A stretch of 64,000 nucleotides of DNA from Camelus ferus (lineage: Eukaryota), in contig NC_045727.1 of NCBI RefSeq assembly GCF_009834535.1, positions 6,820,001-6,884,000 of the forward strand, read 5' to 3'. How positions within the stretch are numbered: the first letter of the stretch is position 1; each line of letters starts with the position of its first letter. A program made the translations under genes and the position numbers. A model generated the notes under the pieces. The model saw only the letters and a program-made list of their open reading frames with translations, made no database searches and had not been told where the DNA came from. This document shows, piece by piece, positions 12,155 to 25,390 of the stretch.

Positions 12155-12720
12155 TCAGATTTCCTAGCTGCAAGCAACAGAAACCACCCCTGGCTCCTTT
12201 AAGCATTCTGGGGGTGATGTGGAGCTCACAGAATCACCTGGAAGGCTGGAGAGCCAGGCTCGGCAAGCAGGCAGGCATAAAGGAAGGCTGGCCAGCAGCC
12301 ACGACCACTGCTAAATTCAGGCGACAAGACAGTTCAGAGAGGACTGCCGCAGCCATTGCACCGAGGGTGCCACAGCTCAGACCTCCACCCCTGCTGGCCT
12401 TGGCACCATCACTGGCTTCTGGAAACCTACTGATACTCCTGCCATCTCCAAAATAGATCCTCCACGGCCCCTACTTCCGCGTAACACAGCTCCCATTTCA
12501 AAGTCTCACCTGTGTGCAGCTAAGTGGTCAAGGCTAGGCCACATGCTCACGCCTGAGCTGCAAAAAAACTGGGAAGGCAATTACCTCATCTTTAGAGCCC
12601 CTGCAGCTTAGGGAGGGCCCAGCCTCCGCCTAAGACTCATATAATGCGAAATTTTCCAAAGATAGGATGGAGATTCTGACAGTGGGCACCAAAACATTGA
12701 CAAATGTCACCATGCGGTTG
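12155..12720 (-). mobile_element. Old ERVL/MaLR LTR (LTR33/MLT1-like)
   Basis: gtcagatttcctagctgcaagcaacagaaacc ... ggccacatgctcacgcctgagctgc. Confidence 0.55.
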
Positions 12721-13544
12721 TTCCTGCTGTAACAACTGGACCAGGCACTATGTAAGAGAAAACAAGACCGAGCCTTGACCTTTGTCCTCCAGGAGCCACC
12801 TGAAGACTGGATACTACATCTCAGCCTTCTTTGTTAACCATGGTGTTTGACAGAGAGCAAACACTGAATAAATGTTTGCTAAATAAATAAAAGCAAATGA
12901 ACAGTCTACCCTGGACAAATCAAACGGCCCCTTTGCTGGCCGGGGCCTGGACAAAATAATACTCCAGGATCATCTAGCAAGAGGGTTCTTGGAATTCATG
13001 CTCTTCCCTGAGAATGGCTGAGACTCCCGGGGATCTTCCAGAGACTGTCTGTGAACCAGAAGCTACAGTAAAACTGCACCGATGCACTAAACCTTAACAA
13101 AACCCAAATATTAAATCTTGTACATGGATCCACCTAGAAAACCAATTCAAATCAAGTCTGAATCCAAGCATCTAAAACAGTTGAATGAGAATGAAATTTG
13201 TTCTGAGTCCCTGCTTAAGGTTGAATTCTCTTATCTTTTAAGCAAAAAGCCCTATGTCATTAGTTTTGGTCATACCCTGGCCTGTGGTGCCATGCTGGGC
13301 TATGTCACAGCACACATCAGCAATAATTTTATAAAGGTTCTCCTCAGCTGCCTACCTCTGAGCTTGAATCAATTTCCAGTCACAGTTTGCACATTTCATG
13401 CCAAAAGGCTGCAATGGGCGTACTAATGGTTAGTGAGAAATCACTTGTTCTGCAGATCTTTAAACACAGGTAAGAATCATCACTCCTTTCATGGTTTTAG
13501 TCTCATTAACTAGATGTAAAGTTGCTAGATTCTGTGCAGTGTCT

Positions 13545-14960
13545 GGACTTTTCATTCATTCATTCATTCAACAAATTTGCATGGACTGTTTAGTATGGGC
13601 CAGGAACTAGGCTAGATGCTGGGGACACGGCAGAGACCAGAAGAGATCTGGTCCTTGAATTCATGGCACTTAAATTCACAGATGAATATGCAATTACAAA
13701 ATGGAATAGGTATTAGAGGGGGAAAAAGAAACAGAGTGGTGTATGAAAGAATAATAGGAAATCTAATTTAGATTGGAGTGGGGTAAGACACGTCCTTCCT
13801 AAGGAAGTGACATTTAGGCCACAGTCTCAACAATGAGAAGAGTTGTTATGGGCTGATTTGTGTCCCCTCAGAATTCATGTGCTGAAGCCCTAAGCTCCAG
13901 GACCTCAGAATGTGACTGTATTTGAAGATAGGGGTCTTTAAAGAGGCAATTAAGTTAAAATGACATCATTAGGGTGGGTCTTCACCCAACATGACTGGTC
14001 TCCTTACCAGAAGAGGAAATTTAGACAAAGACACACACACACAGAGGGAAGACCGTGTGAAGACACGGGGAGAAGACGGCCGTCTACAAGCCTACAAGGA
14101 GAGAGCCTCGGAAGAAAGGAACATGCTGACACCTTGATCTTGGACTTGCAGCCTCCAGAGCTACGAGAAAATAAATTTCTGTTGTTCAGGCCGCCCGGTC
14201 TGTACTTCGTTACAGCAGCCCTAGCAAAATAATACGAGGGTTAATCAGGCAGAGGATCGGGGTAGGGGAAGGAGGGCGGCAGAGGGGAGAGTATGAAAGA
14301 CAAAGACCCAGAGTCAGAAGAGAGCTTTGCCCCCCTCGAAGAACTGAAAACCCAATAAACGGATGTGTTTGGAGCTGAATAAAGAAGAGAGAGGAGGGGA
14401 CAAAGTGAGACTGGAGAGGGAGGCAGAAGCCAGAACATTTAGGACCTGACAGGCCAGGCTGAAGAGCCTGACGGTTTCCTCTGAACCATAAAAGGAAGTC
14501 ATTGAGTGTCTTTTGAGAAGGGGGAGGAGGTGGGGTGACATGGTTCGATTTGCATTGTCAAATATTGTGTTGTCTAGTGAGTGGAGTCGGGGGTGGGGGT
14601 GGGGGTTGCCGCAGGGGGATCAGCTAGCAGCCATGATGGTGTTTGGACCAGGGTGGTGGCGGTGGAGGTGGAGAGCTGTAAACAGATACATATTTAGAAG
14701 GCTTCAGTGTGTGGGAGCTGGAGAGGAGGAGGCGGCAAGGATGGGAACTCGGCTCCTGGCTTGAACACCCAGGAGCGCTTAAGGAAACATTTCCCTCTGT
14801 GGAGAGGAGCTTGGGAACAGGGTTGGACTTCCAACCCTGCCATCTTGCGGCTGAGATGCCAGACAAGAGGTTTAACCTCTTCAGGCAAAGGCTAAGGTGC
14901 TCAACCTGGAAAACAAGGTTCTTCTAAATCTAACCCCTCACCTGCCATCTCAGCTGCCTT
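13545..14960 (-). mobile_element. L2, split by MLT1B
   Basis: (ttca)n caacaaat 3' end at 13545-13575; L2 motifs resume after 14240. Confidence 0.7.
13844..14236 (+). mobile_element. MLT1B-type MaLR solo LTR
   Basis: tgttatgggctg...cctcagaatgtgactgtatttgaagatagg...gcagccctagcaaaataatac; 5-bp TSD agagt/agggt. Confidence 0.88.
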
Positions 14961-15915
14961 TTCCATCACCTCCCTCCCACCCAATACATTCCAGGCTCTC
15001 AGACACACGAAATTTCTCAGTGCCCATCTTTGCTCCCCCTATGTAGAAGCTGCATATTCTCCTCAGAACCCCTGCCCTGTGGAAACACCTCTGCCAAACC
15101 TTCCTTGACTCTCCTGTGTTTCCACCTTGACCCCACCTCTTCCTCAGGCAGCTCTTCCTTAGAGGTCCCCCCACTGTTCCCACGTCCCCTCCTCCCTGAT
15201 CACACCACTGCCATCTGGCTTTTGCCTCCCCCATTCCACTAGAACTGGTTTGACCAAAGCACAAATTACATCCATGCCATTCCCTCATATAGCACACTGT
15301 TCTTCTTTTCCAACTCCATTCCAATCTGTAATTACATATTCATTTATGGGTTTCCTTCTAGAATGTAAGTGCCATTAACTCAAGGCTAAATCCACGTTGC
15401 TAAGTCCGATGGACACTTCCGACTTTTATCTTGACCTGACTGCACCACAGAATTTGACAATGTATAATATATATCACTCCTTTCTCTCTCTCTCTCTCTT
15501 TAAACTTTTTACTTCAAAATTTTTCTATAGAAAAGTTGTAAGAAAAGTTCAAATACCCACATCTCCTTCACCCAGATTCACCAATTACTATTTTTCCTTT
15601 TATATGTTTATCAATTTTTTTATAGACCGTGGCAGAGTAAGTTACAGTCATTATAACCCTTCACTCCTAAATACTTCAGCATGTTTCCTAAGAACAGAGA
15701 TTCTCTATTATATCATCATAATGATCAAATTTAGGAAAAATAACACTGATGAAATACTACTGTCAGTCCATCTGGGCNNNNNNNNNNNNNNNNNNNNNNN
15801 NNNNNNNNNNNNNNNNNNNNNNNNNNNNNNNNNNNNNNNNNNNNNNNNNNNNNNNNNNNNNNNNNNNNNNNNNNNNNNNNNNNNNNNNNNNNNNNNNNNN
15901 NNNNNNNNNNNNNNN

Positions 15916-16100
15916 ACAGTCATTTTCTGTGTCCTCACATGACCAATAGGAGCAAGGGAGCTCTCTGGGTCCCTTTTATCAGGACACTAATCCCATTCAT
16001 GAAAGTCCCACCCTCATGAGCTAATCACCTCCCAAAGGCTCCACCTCCATGTATCATCACACTGGGGGTTAGGATTTAACATGTGAATTTTAGGGGAACA
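15916..16100 (-). mobile_element. MLT1A-type MaLR LTR fragment
   Basis: actaatcccattcatga...ctaatcacctcccaaagg...gggggttaggatttaacatgtgaatttt. Confidence 0.8.
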
Positions 16101-17152
16101 GAAACATTCCGTTTATGGCCAACTCCTATCTAACAGACAGCATATTCTAAAATTTTTATAAATTGTTCCTATAATGTCTTTTATAGTGATTTTATTCTGA
16201 CCTAAGATCAAATCAAGAATCACACCCTGCATTTCGTTGTCATGTCTAACAATCCCTTAGTCTTTCTCAGTCTTTCAAGCTGTGAATATTTTTGAAGAGT
16301 ACAGCCCAGCTGTTTTGTAGAGTGCCTCTCAATTTGGGTTGGTCTGATGTTTTGGTTAGATTCTGAATACGCATTTTTGGCGAGGATATTACAGAAAAGA
16401 GGTTGTGCCCTCCTCAGTGCATGGTACCAAGAGGCATGTGATACTGGCTTATCCCATCATCAGTGATGAAACACTCCTTCCTTGAAGCTCTCTCTTCCTT
16501 TGGCTTCTGTGGCTTCCCTCCTACCTCCCTGGTGGATGCTTCTTGGTCTTTTTCAATCCCTAATTGCTGGCCAGGCAGGCGCCTATGGTAGGAGCCTAAT
16601 CTAGGCTCTGTACACATTAAACTCTCCTAGGTAGCTTCACATTTCTTCTGTATCTTGACTCTAATCTTCTGTAATTTCAGCTACCACCTTTGCATTGATG
16701 GTTCTCAGATTCTCAACTCCCCTCACCCTGGGTCTCTTGCCTCAAATCCAGACCCAGACCTGCCTACAAGACAGCTACACCAGGATGTCAGCACAATGTG
16801 CAAGACCGAATACATCATCTTCCCCTGCCCCAAGCCTGCTTCTCTTTCTCCTTTGGGGAATGGCAGCACCCAGAGCCCAACATTCCTGAAGGCACTCAGA
16901 ACTTTTCTAATTTGGTTATTCAGAGTCTTCCTTCCTGGATTGTCAGTTTCTTTAAATAAGAACTCTGTCTGTCTGGTTTGCTATTGTATCCCTAGAAATC
17001 CCTGACACTTGAACATTTCTAATTAGACTCTCAGTTTCCTCATCTCTAAGGCAGAAATAATAATGGATAGCTCACAGGGCTTGGGTGAGGATCAAATGAG
17101 ATCATATATGAGCAAGTCCTTTATAAACCTGACACTATGTCCCCCTACCAAG

Positions 17153-17288
17153 TTTTGCTTTTTTGCTTTTTATGAGGGGGAGGTAATTAGGTTTATTTAT
17201 TTATTTGTATTTGGAGGAGGTACAGGGGATTGAACCCAGGACCTCGTGCATGCCAAGCATGCATTCTATCACTTGAGCTACCCTCCCC
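17153..17288 (-). mobile_element. Camelid-type tRNA-derived SINE
   Basis: ggggattgaacccaggacctcgtgcatg...cacttgagctaccctcccc; degenerate TSD ctat(g/c)tccccctac. Confidence 0.88.
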
Positions 17289-17317
17289 CTATCTCCCCCT
17301 ACTCAAAATGCTCATAG

Positions 17318-17458
17318 ATCAGTGGTAGCAGCATCACCTGGAAGCTTATGTGGGCCTTGGGCTCCAGTCCAGGCTTCACCCACCTGCTGTATCAGAATCT
17401 GCATCTTAGTAAGATTCCCAGGTGATTTGTATACACAGTAAAGTTTGAGAAGGACTAC
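17318..17458. mobile_element. MER5A (hAT-Charlie)
   Basis: gcagcatcacctggaagctt...atcagaatctgcat...aagattcccaggtgatttg...aaagtttgaga. Confidence 0.75.
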
Positions 17459-18623
17459 TTAATCCCAAGGGAATTACAGACACATCCACTGAATATACCA
17501 TAACTATTTGTGAACATTCAGGTCATGGTCCTTCCCATACAGGAGGTCTGTCCTGATCAAATGAGGAGATGTGAGGTTCCCGTGAATGGCTCAGCATCAC
17601 AGAAACAGCAGGCTTTCAGAGCCTGACTCTTGATGCATGTGGTCTGTTTGACCTTGGGCAAATTGCTTCACCTCTGCAAACCTCAATTTCCTCATCTCTG
17701 CCATGGTTTTGAGAGCACCAGGCTCCCTGAGTGCTGTGAAGACTGATGGAGATAATGCACATTAAGGCTCATATACAGAGCATGGCATGTGCTGAATACT
17801 CAGCTAATTATACTTGTTTTTTAAGAAACTCACAATCAGATGGCTTCCTGTTTGCCACGAATGTGTAAAATCTGAGCTTGTTTATGGGTTTTGCCTAAGA
17901 GAAGAACGGGAATTTCTCCTTGTTCTATGTCTGGAACAAATTATCATTTCACAGAGATCTGGATGGGTGTGCTTTTTCTCATCTACTGGTTTTTTTTTTT
18001 TTTGTTTGAATTCCTACTATGTGCCAGACACAAGCTGAATCAAGTTAAACTGTCTGGTCTTTACATTCCCCGGGCTGGTTCCAGGCCTGGAGCACATAAG
18101 GTGGGCAGGGGCTGGAGCAGCAGAACAGAAGGAGGGGAAGGAGCTGGAAGGACAGGGAGACAGACGGTTGGAGGCGCAGCCTGGCGTGCTCAGACTCATT
18201 CCACCAAAGTTTATTTCAATCTGGCTGGGCTTTCTCAAGCTTCAAACTTACAAGCTCGAAATAATAACAATTCCCACAGCTCAGCGCCTTACCTAGGTAA
18301 AGGTGCTTCTTAAATATCAAGGACCTCTCATACCTAAGATTATTGCGGCTCTTCAAAGAGAAAGGCGTGCCAGGTAACATGCATCGTAAAATCACACACT
18401 GACATTCTCTAAAACCCCTTTGAGATTCTGATGAACACTGTATTGTGCACCTTCCAAAAGAAACAATCATGCTATAGACACAAAGTTTTGCATACAATTT
18501 CAGGGAAGGGGAGGTTGCAGTCCTTGAAAAAAAGACTCAAGAACTTCCCATTTAAAACCTCTAGATTTAAGCCATGTTTGCTTCTCAACGTGCAGATCCT
18601 TGTGTATCAGCACACAGGTGCAG

Positions 18624-18624
18624 G

Positions 18625-18655
<31 letters not shown>

Positions 18656-18656
18656 A
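18624..18656. repeat. (GC)n(AC)n alternating purine-pyrimidine microsatellite
   Basis: gcgcgcgcgcacacacac... Confidence 0.9.
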
Positions 18657-19564
18657 GACTCACTGAGTCGTCAATCACTTCATTTACCTCTCTAGATCCA
18701 GAAGCAGAATAAATTAACATTTTCCTGGCAGTAAAGTGGAGACATGTTTTGTCTAGAGATTACACAGATTAAGTCATCAAGTGCCATAATCTACTCCCCA
18801 ATAAGGCAGAAAGACAGACAAGAAAATTTGAATATAGCCATCCAAATCCCAGCAGGAAACTGCAAATTCACATCTCAGGAGTGTCCTGGCAGACGGAAAT
18901 GCCCGGTGCTTCAGCCTTCCTCCTGAGAAAAGTGCTCCTCTGATCTAACTGACATTGTTCAGAGGAAAACACATCTTGCATGGAATGTGATTTTAAAAAG
19001 AAAGAAAAAAAAACAAAAAACCCATATAGCCAGAAAGACCAGAGCTGCTTGGAAGCCACTAACAATTTCATTTCTCCTTTATTACTGCTTAACTAAGTAA
19101 ATGCTCAAAATAGGTTTTTTAATCCGGCGGTAAGCATTTGGCTCCAAATCTCAGCAAAAAAGGAGTCCAATGGTTAAAAGCATGGGACTCATATGGAACC
19201 TGACTACCGGGGCTTGGTTGAACACTGGCCCACCCCTTTCTCTGAACCTCAGTTTAATCGCAAATATAATGGGGTAATACAAGCACCTACTTTGCAGGGT
19301 TGTTTTGAGAGTTAGATCAGGTGATTTGTGTAAAGACTTTGGCTCAGAACATGGTAAGTACTTGACAGAACCTGTGTCTCTAACATGGATGTCTTCAAAC
19401 TCCACAGACGCTAATCCTAACAGTCAGAACAAAGAGTCCCCGAATCCCACCTACTCCTTCCCCGCAAATGTTCCATCATACACGACAGCATCTTGGGAAT
19501 TAAGGCACTGCACCAAAAGCTACAGGACCTGGAAAAAACTTATGACTTTAACTCATCTGAAATT

Positions 19565-20037
19565 CTTCTGTTTACTCTTATTTATTACATTCACAATGTT
19601 GTGCAACTATCACCACTATCTAGTTCCAAAATTCTTCATCATCCCACATTGAAGCTCTGTACAAATTAAGCAGTAAATCTCCCTTCTCCCCTCTCCAGCC
19701 CCAGGGGTAATGTCTATTTTTTTGTCTCTATGAATTTTCCTATTCTAGATATTTCATGCAAGTGGAATCATGTAACATTTGTCTTTCTGTATCTGGCTTA
19801 TTTCACTTAGCATAATGTTTTTAAGGTTCACCCATATTGTAGCATGCACCACGATGCCATTCCTTTCTATAGCTGAGTAATATTCCACTATGTATGTAGA
19901 AATCACGTTTTACCTATTTATTCCTCTGTCAGTGGACCCTTGGGTTGCCTCCACCTTTCAGTTATTGTGAACAATGCTGCCGTGAACATCAGTGTGCAAA
20001 TATCTGCTTGAGTCCCTGCTTTCAATTCTCTGGGGCA
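19565..20037 (-). mobile_element. L1MA/L1MB 3' fragment
   Basis: gtggaatcatg...ctggcttatttcacttagcataatgttttt...tgtgaacaatgctgc. Confidence 0.85.
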
Positions 20038-20297
20038 NNNNNNNNNNNNNNNNNNNNNNNNNNNNNNNNNNNNNNNNNNNNNNNNNNNNNNNNNNNNNNN
20101 NNNNNNNNNNNNNNNNNNNNNNNNNNNNNNNNNNNNNNNNNNNNNNNNNNNNNNNNNNNNNNNNNNNNNNNNNNNNNNNNNNNNNNNNNNTGATTCATTT
20201 ATTTTTAATGACACCTCAAGACTCTCCCACAAGGCAGTTAACTTACTGTTCTAAAATCATTGAGAAGTGAGTAATTCAGAAGTGAGTTATTCTAGTT

Positions 20298-20493
20298 TAG
20301 TAGTTCTCACCTAGGAACAATTTTTTCCACATAAGGAATATTTGACAATGTCTGGAAATGTTTTCAGTTGTCATGATCGGGAACAGTGTGATACTGGCAT
20401 CTAGCGGGTAGACATCCTACATGCACAGGACAGCCCCCACCGCAAAGAATTATGGCCCCAAACAGCAACAGTGCCAAGGTTGATAAACCCTAG
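20298..20493. mobile_element. MER20 (hAT-Charlie)
   Basis: tagttctca...tttgacaatgtctgga...ggacagcccccac...aagaattatggcccc...gttgataaacc. Confidence 0.8.
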
Positions 20494-20739
20494 TTTAAAA
20501 GTTAGCCTATAGGCCAGTCTTCAAACTAGGTTCTGCAGAGTCACAGCATTCCAGAGGAAACTTGGAGCCTCTTACAAGGGAAAATATTGGGGTCCAAGTG
20601 GGCAAGACTGCAGCACTCCATCCCCACTTCTTCTAGGGCAACTCCTCATATAATTACTTTACATATTAGTCTTCCATATAAGATTCCATTCAAAATCCTC
20701 ACTTCTCTTTTCTACCTAAAAAAATTCTGGAAAAGTTAT

Positions 20740-21720
20740 TCCAATCCAGTTGCTTTTGGCTGCACGTAACAGAATGCCAAATGAAAGGTGGCTAAAAAAT
20801 AATGACATCTCAAATTTTTAAAAGTCTGGAAATAATGAGGTTGATAGTTCAATACCACCACAGACACAGATTTTTTTCCATCTCCCTGCATTACTACACT
20901 TGGCAAGCTGGCTCCATCCACAGACTTGTCTCCTCATGGCCTCAAGCAGATGGCTGCAGATCCAGTCATCACATCCTCACATAGCCATGTATAAAGGCAG
21001 CAAAGGGCAGTTCACCTCTTTGTACCCAAGAGGAAAACCAGTCATAGAATTTAGGCAGGAAACTTCCCTCTGAGTCTCATTCACCTGGGTTGCATCACCT
21101 ACTCATGCCTAAAGCAATCATTGGCAAAGAGAATAAACTCACTATGTTCAATCTAGGCTAATCAAAGCTTACCCCTAAGGCTGGACAGAGACCACCTTTG
21201 CTGAGCTCATGGGAGGGTGAACATTCAAACAGATGTTGCAGGTACTAACTAAACTGCAGGTTGTTTCATTGGTGCTTTAAGACAGTTAACACTTCACTTG
21301 GTTTCAGGTGCAAATAAGAAAAACCTGTTTTGTTTTGTTTTTTTAAAGTAGGGATTATCAGCTCATATAATTGAAAAATCCAGGGACAGATATTGCTTTT
21401 GGATACACATGGATACTGGTGGTCAAATGCCATCATCAAACATGGTGGTGCTTTCTCCAGTTCTCAATTCTGCTTTCTTCTGTATTGGCTTCCTTCTCAG
21501 GCTGCCTCTCCCGTGCTGGTGAGAACATGGCCAACACAAAGCCCCAGAACTGAGTTCTCATTGGCTGTGATTGGTCTGGCTGGTATCACATGTCGATTGC
21601 TGAATAAATCACCATGGCTAGGGAAATGGAATGCTCTGATTGGCCATACTTGGATCACATGGCTCCCAACCAGCACAGGGCAGGGATCTCCCATAAGCAG
21701 GTAGGGTAATGGATGCAGGG
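20740..21720 (-). mobile_element. Two old MaLR LTR remnants (MLT1J/K-like)
   Basis: gcttttggctgcacgtaacagaa and ctcattggctgtgattggtc motifs. Confidence 0.55.
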
Positions 21721-22689
21721 TTTGCAAAATCAACAAATATGCATTACACAGATACATGAAAAAAAAAGTATTTTTGGCCTCCAGGTAATCTGGATATTAT
21801 AAAAATGCATCAATTCATTCCACAAACATCTGTTGAATGCTAACCATACACCAGACACAGTGCACTGTGGAGGTAAATAAGAGTCTCTTCCACAAAGACT
21901 CTAACCCTCTGCCACGAACCCACTATGTGACCCTGAATAAGTCCTCAACCTCAGATTCTCTTGCTCATCATCGGTAACAAGAAATAGCTGGAGTGCTTGA
22001 CTTCTGAGTTATTTCCACTTCTGTATTCAATTAATCCCATCACTTCCTCCCTGAAAACTGCTTTGAATATTTTTTTCTAGATGCTACCAATCAGACAAAT
22101 TTGATTCTACTTGCATGGCTTGTTGCCACCAGAGAAGAACAAATGAAAAAGGAATAAAATCAACTTAGAGCCCCTCCATGACTAGGCAGTTGACTTAGGC
22201 ATCCAGAGTTCACTGACTCTTGGAGCCAGACACCTTGTGACTGACCAAGGTGAGGAAGCCCAGTGGAGAAAGAGGGGTGTGGGCAAGAGGGAGGAGGATG
22301 ACTACCCTTGGGAAGGAAGCTCTGGGCCACACACACTGCTCCTCCCCAGCTCCCAGCCCCAGCCTAGGTGAGCCACTTCCAAACCATGTCTGTTAAGGGT
22401 CCTTGGCAAAAAGACTCATTGTTACCCTCTGCAGATTGCAAGCTAAAATTAGCAGAGGGTGTGAAGCCAACTCCTTCGGAGTGATTGCAGGGCCCTGGAG
22501 GTTCTGGCTTCTGTCGATTACTCATGACGCTGGCTTGCAAGGAAATGGTGTCAAGTGCTTGAAATGTTTAGTGACCCTTAAAAGACAGAATATTGCAGCT
22601 GAGCCCAAGTTTGCTCTTACAATCTTGTATTCTTTCCCCAAAGTGATGAACAGAGTAATAATGAAGAAGTAAGAGGCTGACAGCCCTCA

Positions 22690-22824
22690 AATGAGGTGTT
22701 GTGCTGGCTAGGCACTGCACAACTCCAGGGGTGCCAGGCATACTGCAGTCTATGAACTCCTAGGTGAGTGGTGCCCCCTAGAGTTATGCAGTGCTCAACC
22801 TGTGTAACCTCACAGGGCAGTCCT
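22690..22824. mobile_element. MER91-type palindromic MITE (hAT-Tip100)
   Basis: gcactgcacaactccaggggtgcc ... ggtgccccctagagttatgcagtgc inverted arms. Confidence 0.75.
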
Positions 22825-25021
22825 TAACACTGACACTAAAACTAGGGAGAAGAGGCTGCCATGGCAGGAATGCAGAGATTTTCAATTAACCAACACATAA
22901 TTTTTAATATTGATTATATACTGAAGTAATATGTTAGATGTATTGGGTTAAATGAAATATATTATTGTTAATTTCATTTCTCTTTACTTTTTTTTATGTG
23001 GCTACTAAAAAATTTTAAATCTCACATGTAGCTTGTATCTGTGGCCTGCATTATATTTCTACTGGACCAACCTATCTCAGAAGATCCCCGGCAGGACTGT
23101 ACCCAGTTGCCCACAGTGGTAACCCACTCTTTTTTTTTTCAAAAAATTTTTTAAGGTAACCTACTCTTTATCACACACTTTTCTTTCTTCCTTTGCCAGT
23201 CTCCCTTTCCTACTCCCTCACCACGTTACATTGGATCACCTCCCAGATAAACTAACTAGACCCAAATCTTGTCTCAAGGCATGCTTCTAGGGTAAACTAA
23301 TAAACAATTATTCTGTACCAAGAACCATGCTAATGTACACCTTTCCTTATATTCAATTTGCATAAAGTCAGGTAGAGAGAAACCAACACAGGAAAGGTTC
23401 AATACCAGATTTAAGTAACAGGACAACAGACATGCATGATTACCTGCCAAGCGGGCAGTGCAGAGAATAAGTGCTAAGAGCTTGAAGGAGAAATGGTATG
23501 AGTGTGGAGTAGTGTGGTTGGGGGAGATTTCTGCTTGGCCCCATGAGATCTAACTGCTGTTCGGTTTGCTGCCAAAGAATGGGTTGTAAAATGTGAAGTA
23601 TGAGCAAGGACTCAAGGAATGACTTCGGTGCTGACGGCAATGCGCTGTGTATCTTGTGGGGAGTTCACTTTGAAGTGCATTTATGGGTGTGGCGTGTATG
23701 TGTGTACTGGGAGTGGGGGGTGCCAGATCTGATTCTCTTATTTCACTCATTCCTCTTGTGAGCAAAGTTGGCAGGGGGAGCTTATGCAGCCTCCCCTTTT
23801 TGTTTGGATTTTTTGAAATCCAAACAAAACATACTTTCCGGAAAGGGATCAAATTGATCCCTTTACCATTAGCACCTTGCTTTCTGTGACTGAGATGGGT
23901 GATTGTGTCACCATAGGAGGGGCAAGCTTTCATTCTCTGAGCATTGCTGACCGTTCACTATGTACCAGACGCTATTGAAAGAGCAGTGCAGAAAGCAAAG
24001 AGCAAATGCTTTGTAGCTTTCAGGGAGAAGAAATAACCCCCTGCCACCATTCAGTCCTTTAAAATAAGCAGTAAATAAACCCCCAAAAAAGTACATAAGG
24101 GAAATAATTAAAATGTCCTGAAGACTAGACATCTTGGTAGTTACCCATTCTCTTATTTGCTGTTCCCCTTATCAGAGTTACATCCATTAAAAAAATAAAA
24201 GTCTGGACTTAGTTGGAACTTTCAGAGTGACTGATACAGTATTTCCCCATGTAGAAGAACAAACTCGCATCAAAGAACTGGGATGGTGCTGTCCAAGGTA
24301 CCAGTTGGCTTCTCAGTGAGCCCAGCTGGAATTCAAACGTAATTATGAGTTCTCCCATAATGTTACAGGGGTGACATTTTGCCCTCAATAAGTAAGCAGG
24401 TATCACAGTCTACAGTTAAATATGTGTGTACTAAAAATAGCTTTTCTTTCATTGATACTTTGTTTTAATGTCCTGTTCTAATTTAAAGATAAGTTTCTTT
24501 AAAATGCATAGAGAGACTTAAGGGTTTTGATCAATTCAGTTCAAATGATTGTAAAGTGCACTTCATCTCGTAGATGGTGCTCTTCCTTATACCCAGCTGG
24601 AAATCTTTCCTGCTTCGCTGTGGAAGTTACAAAGTCAACTATCTACAAAGATCAGAGGGCAGAGTAGGTGACTAAAATGGTGCATTTTAAACAGCACCTG
24701 ACACGGCTTCAGTGTTGGGGAGATAACAGGCATGATGGGGACTGAAAGTGAGTGTTGTCTAAAGGGAGACCCTTCTACTCAACTCTAGTCATTGTGCCCA
24801 CATAGGAAAACAAACTCAGTCTTGCAAAGCTATCTAATTATTCAGGAGAAGCTAAGAAATCTCTCAACTTAAAAAAAAATTTAATTCAACTTCTAGCAAT
24901 TCACTGAGGTAGCCAAAGAGAACACCTGTGGGTTGGATCTTACCCACGGACTTCTGCTTTGCAATCTCCGTTCACTTCAAACTCTCTTGCTTGAAATCTC
25001 AAGATCTTAGCAAACTGGAAG

Positions 25022-25055
<34 letters not shown>

Positions 25056-25204
25056 TGTTCTCTTCTCCATCTCACAGACGAGGAACTTGAGGTACAAAAC
25101 ATCTTAATCGACAGAAGTTAAAATCTCCAGGGCCCTGCAATCACTCTGAAGAAATCAGCTTCACATTCAATGCTAGCTTTAGCTTGCAATCTCTGAAGAG
25201 TACA

Positions 25205-25390
25205 ATGAGTCCTATTGCCAAATAAATTCAGCTTCGTGAGCCAGTCTTTGTTGCAGAACTCTGCCCTTTCAGTGTGAAAGCAGTCATGGACAATGTGTAA
25301 ACTTATGGGTGTGGCTGTGTTTCAATAAAACTTTATTTACAAAAACAGTGGCAGGCTGGATCTGGAGTCATGGTTTGCTGACTCCTGGCT
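25205..25390. mobile_element. MER58A (hAT-Charlie)
   Basis: gtgtgaaagcagtcatggacaat...gtgtggctgtgtttcaataaaactttatttacaaaaac...tttgctgactcctg. Confidence 0.8.

Noticed and set aside
13960-14232. ORFs within repeats (13960..14232, 28518..28727, 6761..7027, 11480..11746) and ORFs spanning N blocks
   Set aside because: They are translations of MLT1B or L1 UTR sequence, or artefacts of N runs lacking stop codons.
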